Assembly (NCBI GenBank): GCA_002633005.1
Contig: NMRA01000420.1
Span: 208,318 to 272,317, forward strand
Length of the DNA stretch: 64,000 nt
Direction of reading: 5' to 3'
Origin: Phoronis australis
Taxonomy: Eukaryota > Animalia > Phoronida
Of this stretch, positions 1 to 13,676 are shown in pieces. The number at the start of each line of letters is the position of its first letter. The first letter of the stretch is position 1. The notes under the pieces were generated by a model, which did not search any database, was not told the origin of the DNA, and worked only from the letters and a program-made list of their open reading frames with translations. Both the position numbers and the translations under genes were made by a program.

Positions 1-3000
1 GTACTTCAAATGCTTACTACACAACTGTAGATCGAATAACGAAATTGAAATTTACAGCTGTACCCAGGTGTTTCATACCAATGTATTAAATTTTTATTAC
101 AGTTTCTTAAAGTTTTTCTTTGTTTATATCTATATTATACATCCAGCCTTTTGATTAAATCAGTTTAATGTCCCCGAGTTCGCAAGTTATTTTCTCAGAC
201 TCATTGAATTTTTCAGAAAAAGTAAGCATTGTCTTCATTTAATCCATCAAACATTTCCATTGACAATTGTCGTCTTTGGAATCATATGGTAAAGCATAGC
301 CACCGTCAAAACTTGCAAGATTCTGGAGCGGCAACCATTGCAAGTATTTGACACTGTTGAAAACCAAGTAAAACTAAATTTTCTGCCTAAATCGCATTTG
401 AAGGGAGCATTTTCCCTTTTATTATCTTGAGAAGTTTTGCCTTTTCTCATGAGGCTTTGATTTTGACTTGTTTGAGATTTGAATTACGCCGTTTACCTAG
501 AGAGGAGGCTGATAACTTAAGGTCTGACATATGAATTTTAAAATGCAATACATGTCGTAATACGATGAAAAATTACATTTTCGAACTGAATGGCAATAAA
601 ACGTGTTTGCAACAGTGTGCTCTGTAACTAGGAACGCGACTATTACGACTACATAGCTTTTGAGAAGGGAATTTTGTAGCTCTGCCTCCATTTTGATTCC
701 GATAACCATCTAACATTCCGGCACAGTTAGGCTGTAGCTGCGGGCAATATGCACTGGTAAATTTGCACTCCCTAGAAGCTGAACTCCTTTTTATTGATCA
801 TACAAACTTGTGTACAGAATATCATATTTACATGCTTGCACGGCAGTTAGCGCTAGTAAGATATCCCGGAGTAACAAACCATCAATGAGAAAGAAGCACG
901 AGAACACCAAAAGGTCTACTCTAGGGTCACCGACTCAGATCTTAAGTTCATGCATTCTGGTGAAATATGTTCAAATCATTTTAGGTTCATCATTTTTCAA
1001 GTTAGAGCACCATGAATACTTTGGTCAAATTGGTCCATTTTTGGCTCAGTAAGTACAGGCAAATTAGTTTTAAAACGGTTTAAAAGAATGGGGAAAGAAA
1101 ATGTTCAAACTTTCAAGGAAGTTGAGGGTAAAACCTTCCAAGAGAAAACTGAAGTGATCTCAGTAGAGCAAAGTTAATATGTAAGCCAGATGGGTCCTAA
1201 CAACCTTTTAACACGATAAGTAACTTAGAATGTACTTAAGTTATGCAGTACAAACTGTACCACAAACACGTTAAGTGCGAACGCGGATTGCTGTTACCGT
1301 GGCGACTGAATATTATAAAAACATTTCTCCTTGAACCAGAATTTGACAAGTACGATAATCAAAAATTATGAAGATGTAAGGATGAAACATTCGAGTAAGC
1401 TTCACACCTCATAATCCAAGTGTAGCTTATTTATGTAAATCAATGAAGAGTCTTCACTTTCGGTTGCTTCATTTGTTGTAACCTGACTTAGAAAGTAACA
1501 CGCTACGAGACATGGATAAAAAACACAATTTTCAAACAAAAGTTCGAAAAATATGTGTCTACTGTAACACATAATCATAACTTCAAGAAAAGGTGACATT
1601 CAAACAAAAAAACGATTTCAAAACAATTCGAACTAATGTTTTAGGATAATGCAAGGTCAATTGAATGGGCACTTCCAATTGAAATAAATACAATAATCCT
1701 TTTAGTTTTAACACAGACACCGGAATATTGTACAAAGTTACTTTTTTGTAACAGCGTGTCTACAAATGTATCCTAGTTAAATCGTCACCGACGACAGTTC
1801 AGCAAGTCACGATATTGTCCAACGTGAATTGTGAGCAACTAACATCTGCCTGATGAAGTTCTGGAGAAAACTCTTTAATCGTAAAAAATGTTCGGTGACC
1901 CTAAATTTCAATGTAGAACGTTTATGAAAATAATTTATAAAGACTTTTGTACTCGTAACCTATGCCGTCCGAGATGGCAGACCTGATCAAAATAAGCTTC
2001 ACACAAAAACGGCGATAACTTTTGAAAGCATCGTGTGGCTTTTGATGACCTTTTCATTTTTGTATTGCGGATATAGATACCTGTCCTGTGATGTAGGCTT
2101 TTATCTTCAAAGTGCAAAAATAATGTTCGATTCACCCGCTTCAAAAGTATCGAAACCTTAATTCCGAAGAATCAATTATTAATAAAAACTAAAGCTCTTT
2201 AAATAGTGTAGATCAGAAAGATTCATTAAAATCACGTGAATTATTCGTATCTGTGTTAAAATTGTCTCTATGGGCGTTCGTTCATCATTTTGGGTACTGG
2301 CAATAGGAAAATGTGTTATCAACTGTGCATGACTATAACCTCTGACCCATGATCAGTTGTGAACGTTCAATGGGTGAAATAGTGTTGAGGATATGCCAGA
2401 CACTATTATGATCTTCATTAGTTTTTGTGTTTAAAATCATTTTAAATGTAATGAAGTTACAAAAGCATTCACTTAAAAATGTAGATTACGCAATATAGGG
2501 ACTTTAAAACAAAATGAAAAAGCCCATGCGAGAGAATTCCCAAGTTTTTTCACACATCCAAGATCTATCCAAAAACATGAACCCAATTTCAACACAACAT
2601 AAACTAGCTCCAGGTATATCTACCCTGTCACGTGATGCATGCAGCGAAATAATCAGTATAGTTCGATCCCTTAGCAGCCAAAAACCCCAAAACATTTACA
2701 CCCCGGATTAAAGCACCAAATTTGGTACATAGATACTTTGAAACACAATCAATTTCATGGGTTCAGTTGCCCGTTTTTAACTATGTAGATAAATGAATAT
2801 CGTACCTTGATTTAACTGATTTGAGATAATACTTCTGGTGGAGTTAAGCACATATGAAGACAGTAGCTATTTACATAAATACAATGTAGGTTGTTTAATA
2901 AGGCTTAAGAGTCCAATTTTTCGACAGCCCTATTGCGATAAATAATACCTACAAAATTACCCTTTAACTCCACAGTACCTTATTCCAACGCCTAAGTTGT

Positions 3001-3099
3001 TTTAGCAGTGCCTTACTCCAGATTCACAGACTAGTAATTGCTCGACAACCTGTTGTTCTAAAACTTTACCCACCATTCTGAAAGAGTTGAGATAACGCA

Positions 3100-5490
3100 C
3101 ATTTTGCGCTACGACGTATTCATACCGCCAGCTTCAGGAGGCTTCAGTGGCTACAGCTGGTAGAGCTGATTATTTTCTTCAAGCCTCGCTCTTGACTAGA
3201 AAAAGATATGTAAATCATGTGACAGCTCTGTCTCTAGTAAAGCTCCAGGAAGAAGCAATTATTACTGCGTGAAATGAAGGTGCTGTTTTGAACCAACACT
3301 GTCTTTCTCTGGCTGGAAAAGTGAAAGATCATCGAGAAGTCCAAAATTTGAATTCTGGAATGTTATCTTACCCATCCAATTACTGATCTTGATGTTCGTC
3401 CGTGCTCATCGGGAATGGAGCTTGTCCTTGACTCTCTTGTGCCCTGTTTCTTTGCTCTTGACTTTCAAAATTATGCAAGATGGGTCTCTGTCCACATTCA
3501 AGACGTTAGAGCATTGTTAGCTAACGTACGACAGCATCTGAAAAAACACTGGGTGTTTTCAAAGACACGGCACAGATTCTATGCTATTCCAATTGAACAG
3601 GCGCATGAACAAAATATCATGCCTTTGTCAAAGACAGTGACCGGGCTATTGGATTAACTGAAAATCAAAACGCTTTGACAATGTGGATGGTGTTGGGCTC
3701 GAGCTAGCCAGGTTGCTGACTGATATGGTTTTTGAAGACAATAGTGAGGAGACAAGCCACCATGAAGACAGTCTATCCTTCCAGAACAACCTTGAGAACC
3801 ATCTGAACAGTTTGTGTGGGGTAATTTCAGCCAAGGGAAACCCTTTCCTTGACCAGGGTGATGAACTTATGACGATAGATACGAAGAGATGTATTGGTAG
3901 CGCTACAAGTCTTCAGACTATCGAAGTGACTGGTAAGCAGCAATAGGACGCCTATGAGCAATCAGTCCCACTAGAAAAATCACAACCAATAAAGACTGCT
4001 ATCTAGAAAAAAAGTTTGTTGTTTCCAAAACAGCTAGTGGGAAGACAGAAGGGATGACTCAGCAACACATGGATGATATCAAGAAAGACTAGTACATCTT
4101 ATTTAGTCAGATTTTTATAGCCAGCCAAGTTCGAGAAGATAACCTGGACGATTTCTTTATGCATGAGAATTATCGTTGGCCACCATCCCTGAGCCAGAAC
4201 AACAGTCTCCGTTTACCTTCATAGAAGTCATAGTTGCTCAACGTGTTGTAATTTTCTAAGCCAAACGTTCCTAAATACGCAGATGCCAAAGTCTGATGAT
4301 CTTACCAAAGTTACACCCCAAACGCGGCTGCCTCTGAACTTCCAGACTTTATTGCAAAACTCGATGAATAAAGAGGAATCACGGGCGGCGCACCATAGGG
4401 GGCTGGGGCCGGGGGTATAGCCCCTCCACTTTTTCAGTGCTACGGGGCTCATGGTGTATAGGCGGTGCACCACGGGGGGCTGGGGGAGGGGGGGTTGCTT
4501 TAGCCCCCGCTTTTTCAGTGCTGCGCCGCCCATGGGAATTGTTCATATCCTGTTAGTTGAAGGTATCTTGGCAATCGCCTGTCCTCCAGGAAAATATATA
4601 TGTTTCCCACGCTCAGTCTGTTTTTTCCTCTAGTTATGACACGCCACCGTGCCATCATGAGGAGGCGGACACCCGTAGGTTATTACACATTGCGGGCGCT
4701 TTGATCACAGGAAATCGGAGAGTACTGGTTACTACAGTGGACACTGATGTTCTCATTCTTTTTTCAGGTATTTATTATCATTTACAAACCAGTACAGAAA
4801 CAAACTAATAAGTACAGAGAAATCATTCTCGTATGTCATATAGAGTAAACAACTTCTATATGGAATTAACCTGAACAATGAAATTTTCCTATTTAATGTT
4901 GTCATTCTTCGTCAATAGTGTGTTTGACCAGCATGGGTACGATTTGTGTGTTAGCTCTACTCATGTTCCATGCGTTAACGAGGTCAGACACAACATTCCA
5001 ATTCTATGGAACAGGAAGAAAACGGCATGGGAGACTTGGAAATCACCCTGGTGCTCCTCAGGCAATCCCCGCAGTCACAATTGACATGGAGTTCAAAACA
5101 ATTAAGACATTTACATGTCTCCAATATGATCGTAAAGCCAAAACTAGCCAAGTCAATACTTTACGAAGATAGTTGTTAACCCGAAAAATTCAGCTCGTGC
5201 CAAATCTACCGCCTACCCCGGCTTCTCTGATAAAACGTTAATAAATGCTTGTGTCAAGCTGGCATATTGCTTAAAAGTCTGATGCCCACCATCCACAAGA
5301 AACCAAGTACAGAGGGGTTTGGATGGCAGAGAGACATGGGCCGACAATGGACACCTTACTGGAAAGACATGCCTGAAGTCTCTAAAGCCTGTTAACAGCC
5401 CATTAAGCGTGGTTGCAAGATCGTCCCACTAAGTAGCAAGAAATGTCCGTGTAAAAGCAATTCCTAAGCATGCACAGCCAGGGAACATGT
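3100..5490 (+). pseudogene. Frameshifted Academ-type transposase/XPG-like nuclease/Cys-rich relic
   Basis: Collinear fragments in different frames: FFALDFQNYARWVSVHIQD, EQAHEQN, HHED..GNPF, HHEEADTRRLLH, TVDTDV, FHALTRSDT, LPPT, WTPYW and a C-terminal Cys cluster. Many stops and frameshifts. Confidence 0.75.
4380..4534. mobile_element. GC-rich MITE (hAT-like ends) inserted in the Academ ORF
   Basis: TIR CACGGGCGGCGCA / TGCGCCGCCCATG; 5-bp direct repeat GGAAT at 4375-4379 and 4535-4539. Confidence 0.7.
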
Positions 5491-6156
5491 CAGTAACATG
5501 ATTTGTTATGGACCAAAGGAGCAGCGATAGTGTTTGTTGAATTCTATGTCCTGCACAGACAATTTGACATTAATCCGTTTTATTGTTTTATAAGCAGTTT
5601 ACAATCGGTTTACAGCACTGTGAATATGGTATGTAGGAGCTAGAAGAAGCACATTACCGATGGACAGTTATCAAATATGGCCTCTGAGTTTTTGTTAGTC
5701 TGTCAAGATTTATACATATATTGGGCTCCTTATCATAATATCAACTGAATTTTTCATAATAATTGTTCAAATTAATGATAAATCTAGTTACTTTTTGGTA
5801 ACAGAACCTATTTGTTTTCGTATTTATAGTTTTGCATCAGATCAAAATAAATGCCTTTGTTAAAATTGAGTTGTTAGCTAAATTTTGGCGTCCATATTGG
5901 ATTTATGCAAATGAGGTGTCTTAACATTATGAGGAAAACATGTTACAATGTCATTTTGATAGATTTGTAGTTAATAAAGTACCATTACCAAGCCTGAAAA
6001 TGTGTTATCATCTCTCAAGCAACCATACACTGTGTTACTTGGCGGCCATTTTGTTTTTCGAGATTTTACCTTGACCGTGACCTCAAAATTTGGGTAACCG
6101 ATCCCCCTGAGATTCAGCGTGTCAAAAAGTACCTGTATGTCAAATTTGGTGCTTAA

Positions 6157-7805
6157 AAGGGGACTGTAGTCAAAATAATGTTGCAGTTAATCGGTTCTAA
6201 CACACAAATAAAACTCACATTTGCCTGACTCAGTTGCGTGCCAAACAAAAGCCGATTCATATTCATGGGCAAAACACTTAATTCTGAAAGCGATCGCTGA
6301 TTGGCTGATGTGTCAGTGACGTGAACGGCGGGGTATCGGCTGCTTTACACATTCATTGCTTAATTATGTCATATTTGAAGAGTTTACATCGTAATTTATC
6401 ATTGTATCAATCGTCCTTATTTTTTATTGTTTGCCACAGTACTGTAAAAGGTTCGCTATGCCTTTTTGTATGGCACCTGGTTGCTCAAACTCTTCGAAAA
6501 AGGTGTCTTCTAATGGGATGGTCTTCGCATACCATCGCCGGGTTACCCAAGCCTTGGCCCAAAGCTCAGTGTATACTAGATATAGGCCTACAGGTTTGAG
6601 CCGATATGAGTAAAAATGTACAAATAAAATCTGACTCAAATCAATGTCATTAAAACTAATCTCATCCTTGAGTAAACCTAGGAACCAGGTTCCTAGAGTA
6701 AACTAACTTCTGTATTTACCGGTGTTGGAAATGTTAGCGATCGTTCATCGGCTGCTGCTAGTAAAATTGAGATGTGTTCTCATGAGTCGGCTTTTTGCGA
6801 TTACGTCACCTGACCTTTACCAGTTTCTTTTCCCCCTGATTCTTTTATCAAGTGTTCGTCGCTGACGGTACCTAGGTTGCGTACATGTTATAACAAATTA
6901 TCGGAACTTGTTCCATTTTGTTTCAAGTTTTTAGTATTTTTACACCAGCAAACCGAATTTTAGAACAACCTTGGTGCTGCGAAGCATGTCCCGAAAGACG
7001 TCTCAAATTTTTATGAAATGGCGCGTGCGCCGTGTCACGAGCGTGTTGTTTTTGAAACGGACGACACACTTTGTTAAAAAGGCGGCAAATTATGCTACCA
7101 AATGACGTTTATTTGATTGTTTTTTAAACGGCTGCAACGAATAATGGGATTGTCGGGTGACTACCAGATTTTGCATGCGCCCCCGCCGGTCCGTTAGCTT
7201 TATATCTTGATGTAGCCTAAGTTTTACGACGAGGTGACGAGCATAACTGAGTCAACTATACCCGGGTAGTCAACGGCTGTCTGAAATATCGGGGTTTGAA
7301 CGGAGCTCAACACACAGTGATACGATAATCTTCATACAGCTACAGTCGGTAACTTACCAACCCTTCAAGTTTACAGAGCTGTGTATTGGCTGACAGCTGG
7401 CTGACTAGAAGGCTAGAGTCCACATTGCTCTCGGCACAATCACACCAATGTAAATTGTTGATACGGACTGGTTGAACCCGCAAATTTTTGTGTGACGATG
7501 GCGATGACTGGGTATCACTTTGTGTTGCCTCGGCTCAAACAGTTATCCCTGGTGACCCGACATTTCACAATAAAATTTCTTATTCCGACAATATGAAAAA
7601 CGCTACTTGATTGCACGCTAACACAGGACAGTGGCTTGGCACCCGCCAAATACGTCACGAAACTAAGCAGCGCTCCAAGCCGGTACTTTTTTGAGCTTCG
7701 TTAGAGAATGTAAGTTTAATTTTTGGTGTTGAATTGTTTGTGAAATTAATCAACAATTCATAGAAAACTTACCAGAATTTATTCAGAATAAAATACAGTT
7801 CCCTT
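6157..7805 (+). mobile_element. Non-autonomous Kolobok transposon with THAP-domain remnant
   Basis: TTAA on both sides (6153-6156, 7806-7809); TIR AAGGGGACTGTA / TACAGTTCCCTT; THAP-like start MPFCMAPGCSNSSKK...YHR at 6458. Confidence 0.75.
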
Positions 7806-9282
7806 TTAACTCAGAGGTGTAAACGTTTTCGGGTTAAGGGCCCGGACTAGTATCAATTTTAGTTGGGAATCCTTATGCATTTTTTATTTTTTATTTCTTT
7901 TGACCTTCTAGTAGAATGGCTCTTAATCGGTTCATTCCATAGGTCTAGAAACCTATTATATTGATATATTTTGAAATAACATTTTGAATTTTGCCATAAT
8001 CTATACTATAATAGATTGATTCTTTTTCATCAAACAGAATTACATTGTAAACCTGAAAATTTTAAAGACAAATCCAAAAAGCCAAGTAAAACGTCTTAAA
8101 CTGATACGGTATCATCAACATCTAAAATAGGATTTACAACATGATATAGTTGAAGTCACACTATTGCAACTTCAAAACAAATGATAATTAGTTTCCTCAG
8201 AACTATAACTCAAAGAACAAAATTGCACTCAACTACATCATTTTTTTCTAAAAATGAATTTGTTGCCAAAATTCGGAACAATCTCATCTGAGTTCTGGTA
8301 GAATTCTACACCGTAACCATCTCACCTGAAAGATTTTAACTAAAGGAAGAAGACAACACTGGGTTTAAACAGGTATTTCATTTTATCTCCGAGGACCTGG
8401 AAAATTCGGTTTGCTATAAACGAATTGTAAAATCACGAGAACCTTGGGAAGACTTTGTAACAACACAAGAACATACCTAAAGATTTGCATGGACACATTA
8501 ACACCATTCTGCTGATAGTCGAACTAATTGTGCAGCCTCTGAATCGTCAACCGGATATTTAGTTAATGGTGGACTGAAACTTGCGCGTGTACAAAACTCG
8601 TACATAAAAAGACGACGCGAAGTATGTACCAAACCCGCGACAAAATGAAGTCTATTGACAAACAAATAACTGTAAAAACAGACTTGCTATATATAGATTA
8701 TTACATGGCGAAGTCGTTATCCCCTGAGGGGCGTCAGCGATAATTCTCCAAAATCCACGAGGGCTTTAGAAAAGGGGGATAACGACTGAGAACATGTACT
8801 AATCTATTTATACCACATACTGAACGAGAAACATTGTAATGATTCGATCTACCTTTCTCGACTCGCCTCGGCTGAGTAACTACTTTCTATGTCAGAGGCC
8901 CGAGGTCGGAGGTGGTGACCTTTTAAAAAAAGTCGAGCTATTTTTGTCAAATAATGCTTTTACTCAAAACCAATTGAAAATTTAAACAAAATAGAAATAA
9001 AGTGAATCTATAAATTAAGGTTTAGCAACTATTATAGCTTATTGTACATTTTATCAAAGCTTCGACTGGGAAAACATCGTCTGCTAAAGTAGGTTACCAC
9101 TGGTGTCTGAGTATAACGCTCAAGTCAAAGGATCCCGACGACACGATACCCGCATTCAAATTGGAGATCGGTGATTGACAAGTCAGAGAACATGAGAGAA
9201 AAATTTCACATATCATTTTTATGGAAAATATGCGTCTTATTTTTTTATAGCGAATAAATGTCGGTACAATGCCCTTTGCTGT

Positions 9283-9721
9283 ACATGCGATTGTTGCGCG
9301 CGCTCATTGAAGTATTCTATTTTCGCATTCGATGACGTCAGCCGCTGAGTGGTGTAGTGGTAAAGTTGACGACTGGAAACTCTTGCCGCCCGGGTTCGAG
9401 GCCATTCGAGGCTCATATTGTGGTACAAAATATATATACATGGCGAAGTCGTTATCCCCCGTTATCTATAACCGGAGTAGTTTTTGGAGAATTATCGCAT
9501 TTTTATACCACAATATCAGCCTCCAATGGCCAATACAACCGTGTAATAACCCATTTAGTTATCTCACTAGTGAGATAACATTTTGGCCGGAACCGAGGCC
9601 TGTTTCGAAGCCGGGCCGCAAGAGTTTCGGGTCTTCGACTTTACCACTGCACCACTCAGCGGCTGACGTGATCGACTGTGAAAATAGAATATTTAAATGA
9701 GCACGCGCAACAATTGCATGT
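9283..9721. repeat. Foldback whose ~120-bp arms contain a tRNA-like Pol III promoter
   Basis: 9283-9403 is the imperfect reverse complement of ~9597-9721. A-box-like TGGTGTAGTGG at 9350-9360 and B-box-like GGTTCGAGGCC at 9393-9403. Confidence 0.6.
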
Positions 9722-9753
9722 TCAACAACTTGCAAATAACACTTGACCGAATA

Positions 9754-10481
9754 TGTCAGGACAGTGATGGCATAATTATTTTGTTTACAATTGAGTAGAA
9801 GGGAACTTTCTAGAAAATTCTAGTATGTTCATGATTAACAAGGGCGGATCCAGGATTTTGAGTTGGGGGGAAGGGCAGGGCAGAATATTAGCCGGGATTT
9901 TGCCCGTCAGACATTTCCACCCCCGGAACTGCCAAACAGAATCTGGGAGAAGTTTTAGGGGGGGAGGAGGTCAGGCCCCCCTTGGCCCCCTCTAAATCTG
10001 GGACATTCTAGAGCCTAGTAGAATGATTGGGTAGATTCCAGAACGTTCTTAAATGTTCTTGAATTGGTGATAAGTTCCAGAACATTGTAAGAGCCTGTAA
10101 ATGGACAGGTACGGGTTAGTTGAGTTGAGGTGGAGCTGAAGTTGAAACATGAAGTTATAATTGAGTTGAAGTGAAAAGAATCAGCGGATACAGCGTTATT
10201 TAATCGAGGAATAACTCTAGAGACAGGAGGTTGTTGAAACAACGAACGTAACAGTTGCTGAAACTATTTCAGAAGTTCATCACAAGTGAAGACTTCGCAG
10301 CACTGGCTGGAGCATAGAACAGATATTACGTCGGACGTTTTGTTTGAGTAAGCTCGTGAAAGTACGGTGCAGATTAGTAAAACGATTTACTCGATCCATT
10401 TCTCATTTATGATAGCACTGAAAGCCATTTGCACCGGTTGGTAACAACTTGCGCCCACTCATCCACGGGAGAAACGTGACA
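9754..10481. mobile_element. Possible solo LTR interrupted by a G-rich MITE remnant (~9839-10000)
   Basis: TGTCA...TGACA ends and TTCTAGAA-type repeats typical of LTRs; no TSD found. Confidence 0.25.
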
Positions 10482-11019
10482 AAGGTTATATATAACCTAT
10501 ACTTTTTGTTTTCATTGAACTGAAAATGAAAAGAGTTCACACATACCCAAATGAGGCTCCTTTATGAAAATATCATTTTCCAGGCGTCTCTTTTTCAAAG
10601 TAGACGGAACAGATTATTTAATTCTATTTTTTTTATTTTCTGGTGGTGCACTGACAAAATACCTGGGGTATCGACGAGAAAATCTTTTTCTGGGATCAGT
10701 CCCAGCGCGGAGTCTTATCTAGAACTCTTGTGGGGTCACTGTCAAACCGTCTGTTGGCTAGATAAATGGTTGAGTGTTTGGTAAGCGTGTTTTAAACTGA
10801 TGATCACCGGCCTTGATTTCAACGAATGTCTCACAGACAACGGTGAGATAGTGGCGATTTGAAAAAAATCTCCAAAACGCAATGGATTTTATTGTTTATA
10901 GCTGTGGCCAGAGCGACTATCGGTGCGTTTTATTGTCCACTTGTCAACTAAAAGGACAATAAATAAAAGTGAAAGTGTTCTATCTCTTCAATCCCACAAT
11001 AATCCCAAAATGCCCTTTT

Positions 11020-11567
11020 GGCGGTAAAACGATAATGTGTAATAAGTGTTACATTTTACGTCATTGTTCCATTTTACGTTGCCAAGCCTCTCCTAAAATG
11101 TAACAAGTCGTTACATTTTACGGAGTTGTTACATTTTACTTCTAATATGCATGCGAGAAATGTACCATTGTTACATCTTACGAAGTTAACGTAATATTAC
11201 AAAGAAAATGACTAAAATCCCGAACAAGTGGTATCTGACACGACCGCGGGGTACTCGAGTGTTNTTGGACAAAAAGTGACTCATTCAGAGACTAATTTTG
11301 TGTAAAAATTCACATTTTCGCACAGCTCTGTTCCAGAAATTCAGAAAGGGCACCCTTTTAGATAGTATTTTGTCAAGAATGGCACCATTTTGGAGTTTTT
11401 TTGCTGTGAAAAAACACCCTTTTGGGCAGCACTTTTCGTATACCTCTTCTATAGGAATGCCCCTCGGGCTGACAAATTTGGCTACCCATTATCATTTTTA
11501 TTATTAAAATTACTTCTATTTCTGCTCTTGCTACCTTTACTACTATTACTCGTTATCGCTATCGTTA

Positions 11568-11616
<49 letters not shown>

Positions 11617-13676
11617 TACTGAATTTATTTAATGAGGACACAGTATAATATACACAACACATGTTTAGCAAAGTGCTGATACATCATGATCCTCAGAGAT
11701 TTTAAAATCATCTCATTTACGGTTCAATGTTTTCACCGGGATTCCCATAAAGGACAGAGAGTGCTGTTTCAATAGGATTTTAAAGGGTTTCCTATGTTCA
11801 GCCTTAACGATATTGTGAGAAAAGTCTTGACACCTGTAGATGCAGAGTAGGCCTTTGAAAACGAGGAGGTTGATATTCAAAATCTTGTTTAGACTTGCGC
11901 CAACTACAAAAATTGATCATTTCTGAACTATCGGCAAACACGGTATGCTTTGTAAATATAACTATATCCTTCTAGTATTTGCCACGAAGAACAGAGTTCA
12001 GACCACCGCAATCTTTTACTTGCGACTTACATTGAAACGTGTAATCACATTCCTGTTCAAAGAACTGGGGCTCGTTCCACGATGATGTTCAAAATTGCGT
12101 TAAGTTAAACTCTGGAGGCAGACATTTTTCGAGAACTAGCGACTAGTTGGCTAAGGCTCATTAGAATAGCTTTTAACGGACACGCAAAACATGCTACAAT
12201 TTTGTGTGGAAGGATCCAATATTCTTAGAAAAAACACTATGATTTAACTGAGTGATTTGAACCAGGTTTCATTGAAAGTGGTTTGTATGGAACAAAAACG
12301 GCCAACGTCGAAGTCAGCGATGTTTAATATTCGCTTGTTATGCGATGTATCAAAAGGGTTAATCTATATCAAATTCCCATATCTGCCTAAAACCACGCCT
12401 GTTGTTGACAGCGAGCGTCTCATGAGACACGTGACTTCACGTCCATTAATAATAGAATGTCCAATCTTTGTCATAATTTTATGTGCTTCAAGCTAACGAA
12501 CATTGACCAAATAGCAATTTTAATTCAAATTTTATGTCAAAAGATAATAGAAAAAGAAAGTCCATGTTTGTGTAGTCCGTAAGGCCGACAGCCAGCTTTT
12601 TTGGACCATTCCAACTTTAAACTATCTACCTGGTCCCGGCAAAATGATCATGCCCTTTCAGAGTGCAAAAATATTTTATATTTTCCCAGCTAGGTCTCTC
12701 ATTTTACTAATAAACACGTCACACTTCGACCAGTTGTTACCACCACTATTTCAGACAGGTTTGACATCATAGGAATTACCGTGATATTTCTTTCCGCTTT
12801 TAAGCTGTTTAAAACACGTTACAAAGCCCCCACTTTTTAAACTATTGGCTCGCTCTTCTCAAATGCGATCATTTGCTCTTGCACAAGCGAAATCTGTCAA
12901 CTCGCCCACAAATAAGTGCGTGCTTTTAAATCATTCCACCTCAGTGTCTTTAAAAAGTTGTCATTCGTAACTAAGGTGGTAGACAGCACCCGTCGGCATT
13001 AGAAACTTGGGTCTTGCTATTTTTGTGTGGAGCAGGACAAATAATGCATTAACGATGACTCCAAGGCAATAAAACCCTGGCTGAAATAAACCAAACTATC
13101 GTGAACCAAAAACGGGTGTTTTTTCTATCAAACTGGCTTCCGAAATTCAATTCTCCGTGAAAATTTCAATTGTCTTTTATTCCCGAAGAAATACGATAAA
13201 TATTAGCCAAATACGATGTCATTGTGTTTACTGTAATGCTACACAACTGGTTTGTGACCTGTTAGCGGAAACAAAAGTTGCAAGAACACTATAACATTAA
13301 AAAACTTGTTACCTGATCCTGGAAACTCCTTTGGTCTGGAATTGAAACTACACGGGGTACATTTTTGGCTATACCAAGAAACTACACATGTTAAAAACAA
13401 TGGAAAGCTCATTGGCACACATGTGTCAAGTCGAACTGGCACATTTGATAGAATCTCATTAAAAAAATCTAAGAAAGTAGGCACTAAGTGCGTGAAACGT
13501 TTTCCTCCGTGTGACAAATACCATGCTAACTCATGAAATATGACGTCGCTTTCGTAAAATGTAACGATGGTATATTTCTCGCATTTCGTCGTAAATTGTA
13601 ACAGCTACATAAAATGTTAGCAGAGGCCTAACAACGTAACATGTAACGGTGAAATTGTTACATTTTACGGCATATC
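11020..13676. mobile_element. ~2.6-kb non-autonomous TIR element, copy 1 (inverted relative to 38192-40779)
   Basis: Collinear reverse-complement similarity to 38192-40779 along its length; TGTAACA/TGTTACA subterminal repeats; right end TTACATTTTACGGCATATC. The left end is degraded, so the start is approximate. Confidence 0.75.
11568..11612. repeat. (ATT)n microsatellite
   Basis: Pure ATT run, seen directly. Confidence 0.9.

Larger units (their letters stand above)
2659..7849 (+). mobile_element. Degenerate Academ (AcademX-like) DNA transposon with TIRs and a 3-bp GTA target-site duplication
   Basis: Ends TAGTTCGATCCCTTAG (2659) and TTAAGGGCCCGGACTA (7849), with GTA at 2656-2658 and 7850-7852. 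The left TIR AACCCCAAAACATTTACACC..AAGCACCAAATTTG matches the reverse complement of ~6120-6156 joined to 7810-7849. Internal relic peptides fit the transposase + XPG-like + Cys-rich architecture of Academ. Confidence 0.75.

Noticed and set aside
1-2650. Short ORFs at the window start
   Set aside because: No motifs or splice-consistent chain recognised; nothing could be supported.
9340-9410. Functional tRNA gene
   Set aside because: A and B boxes are present, but I could not build convincing acceptor or anticodon stems; treated as tRNA-derived.
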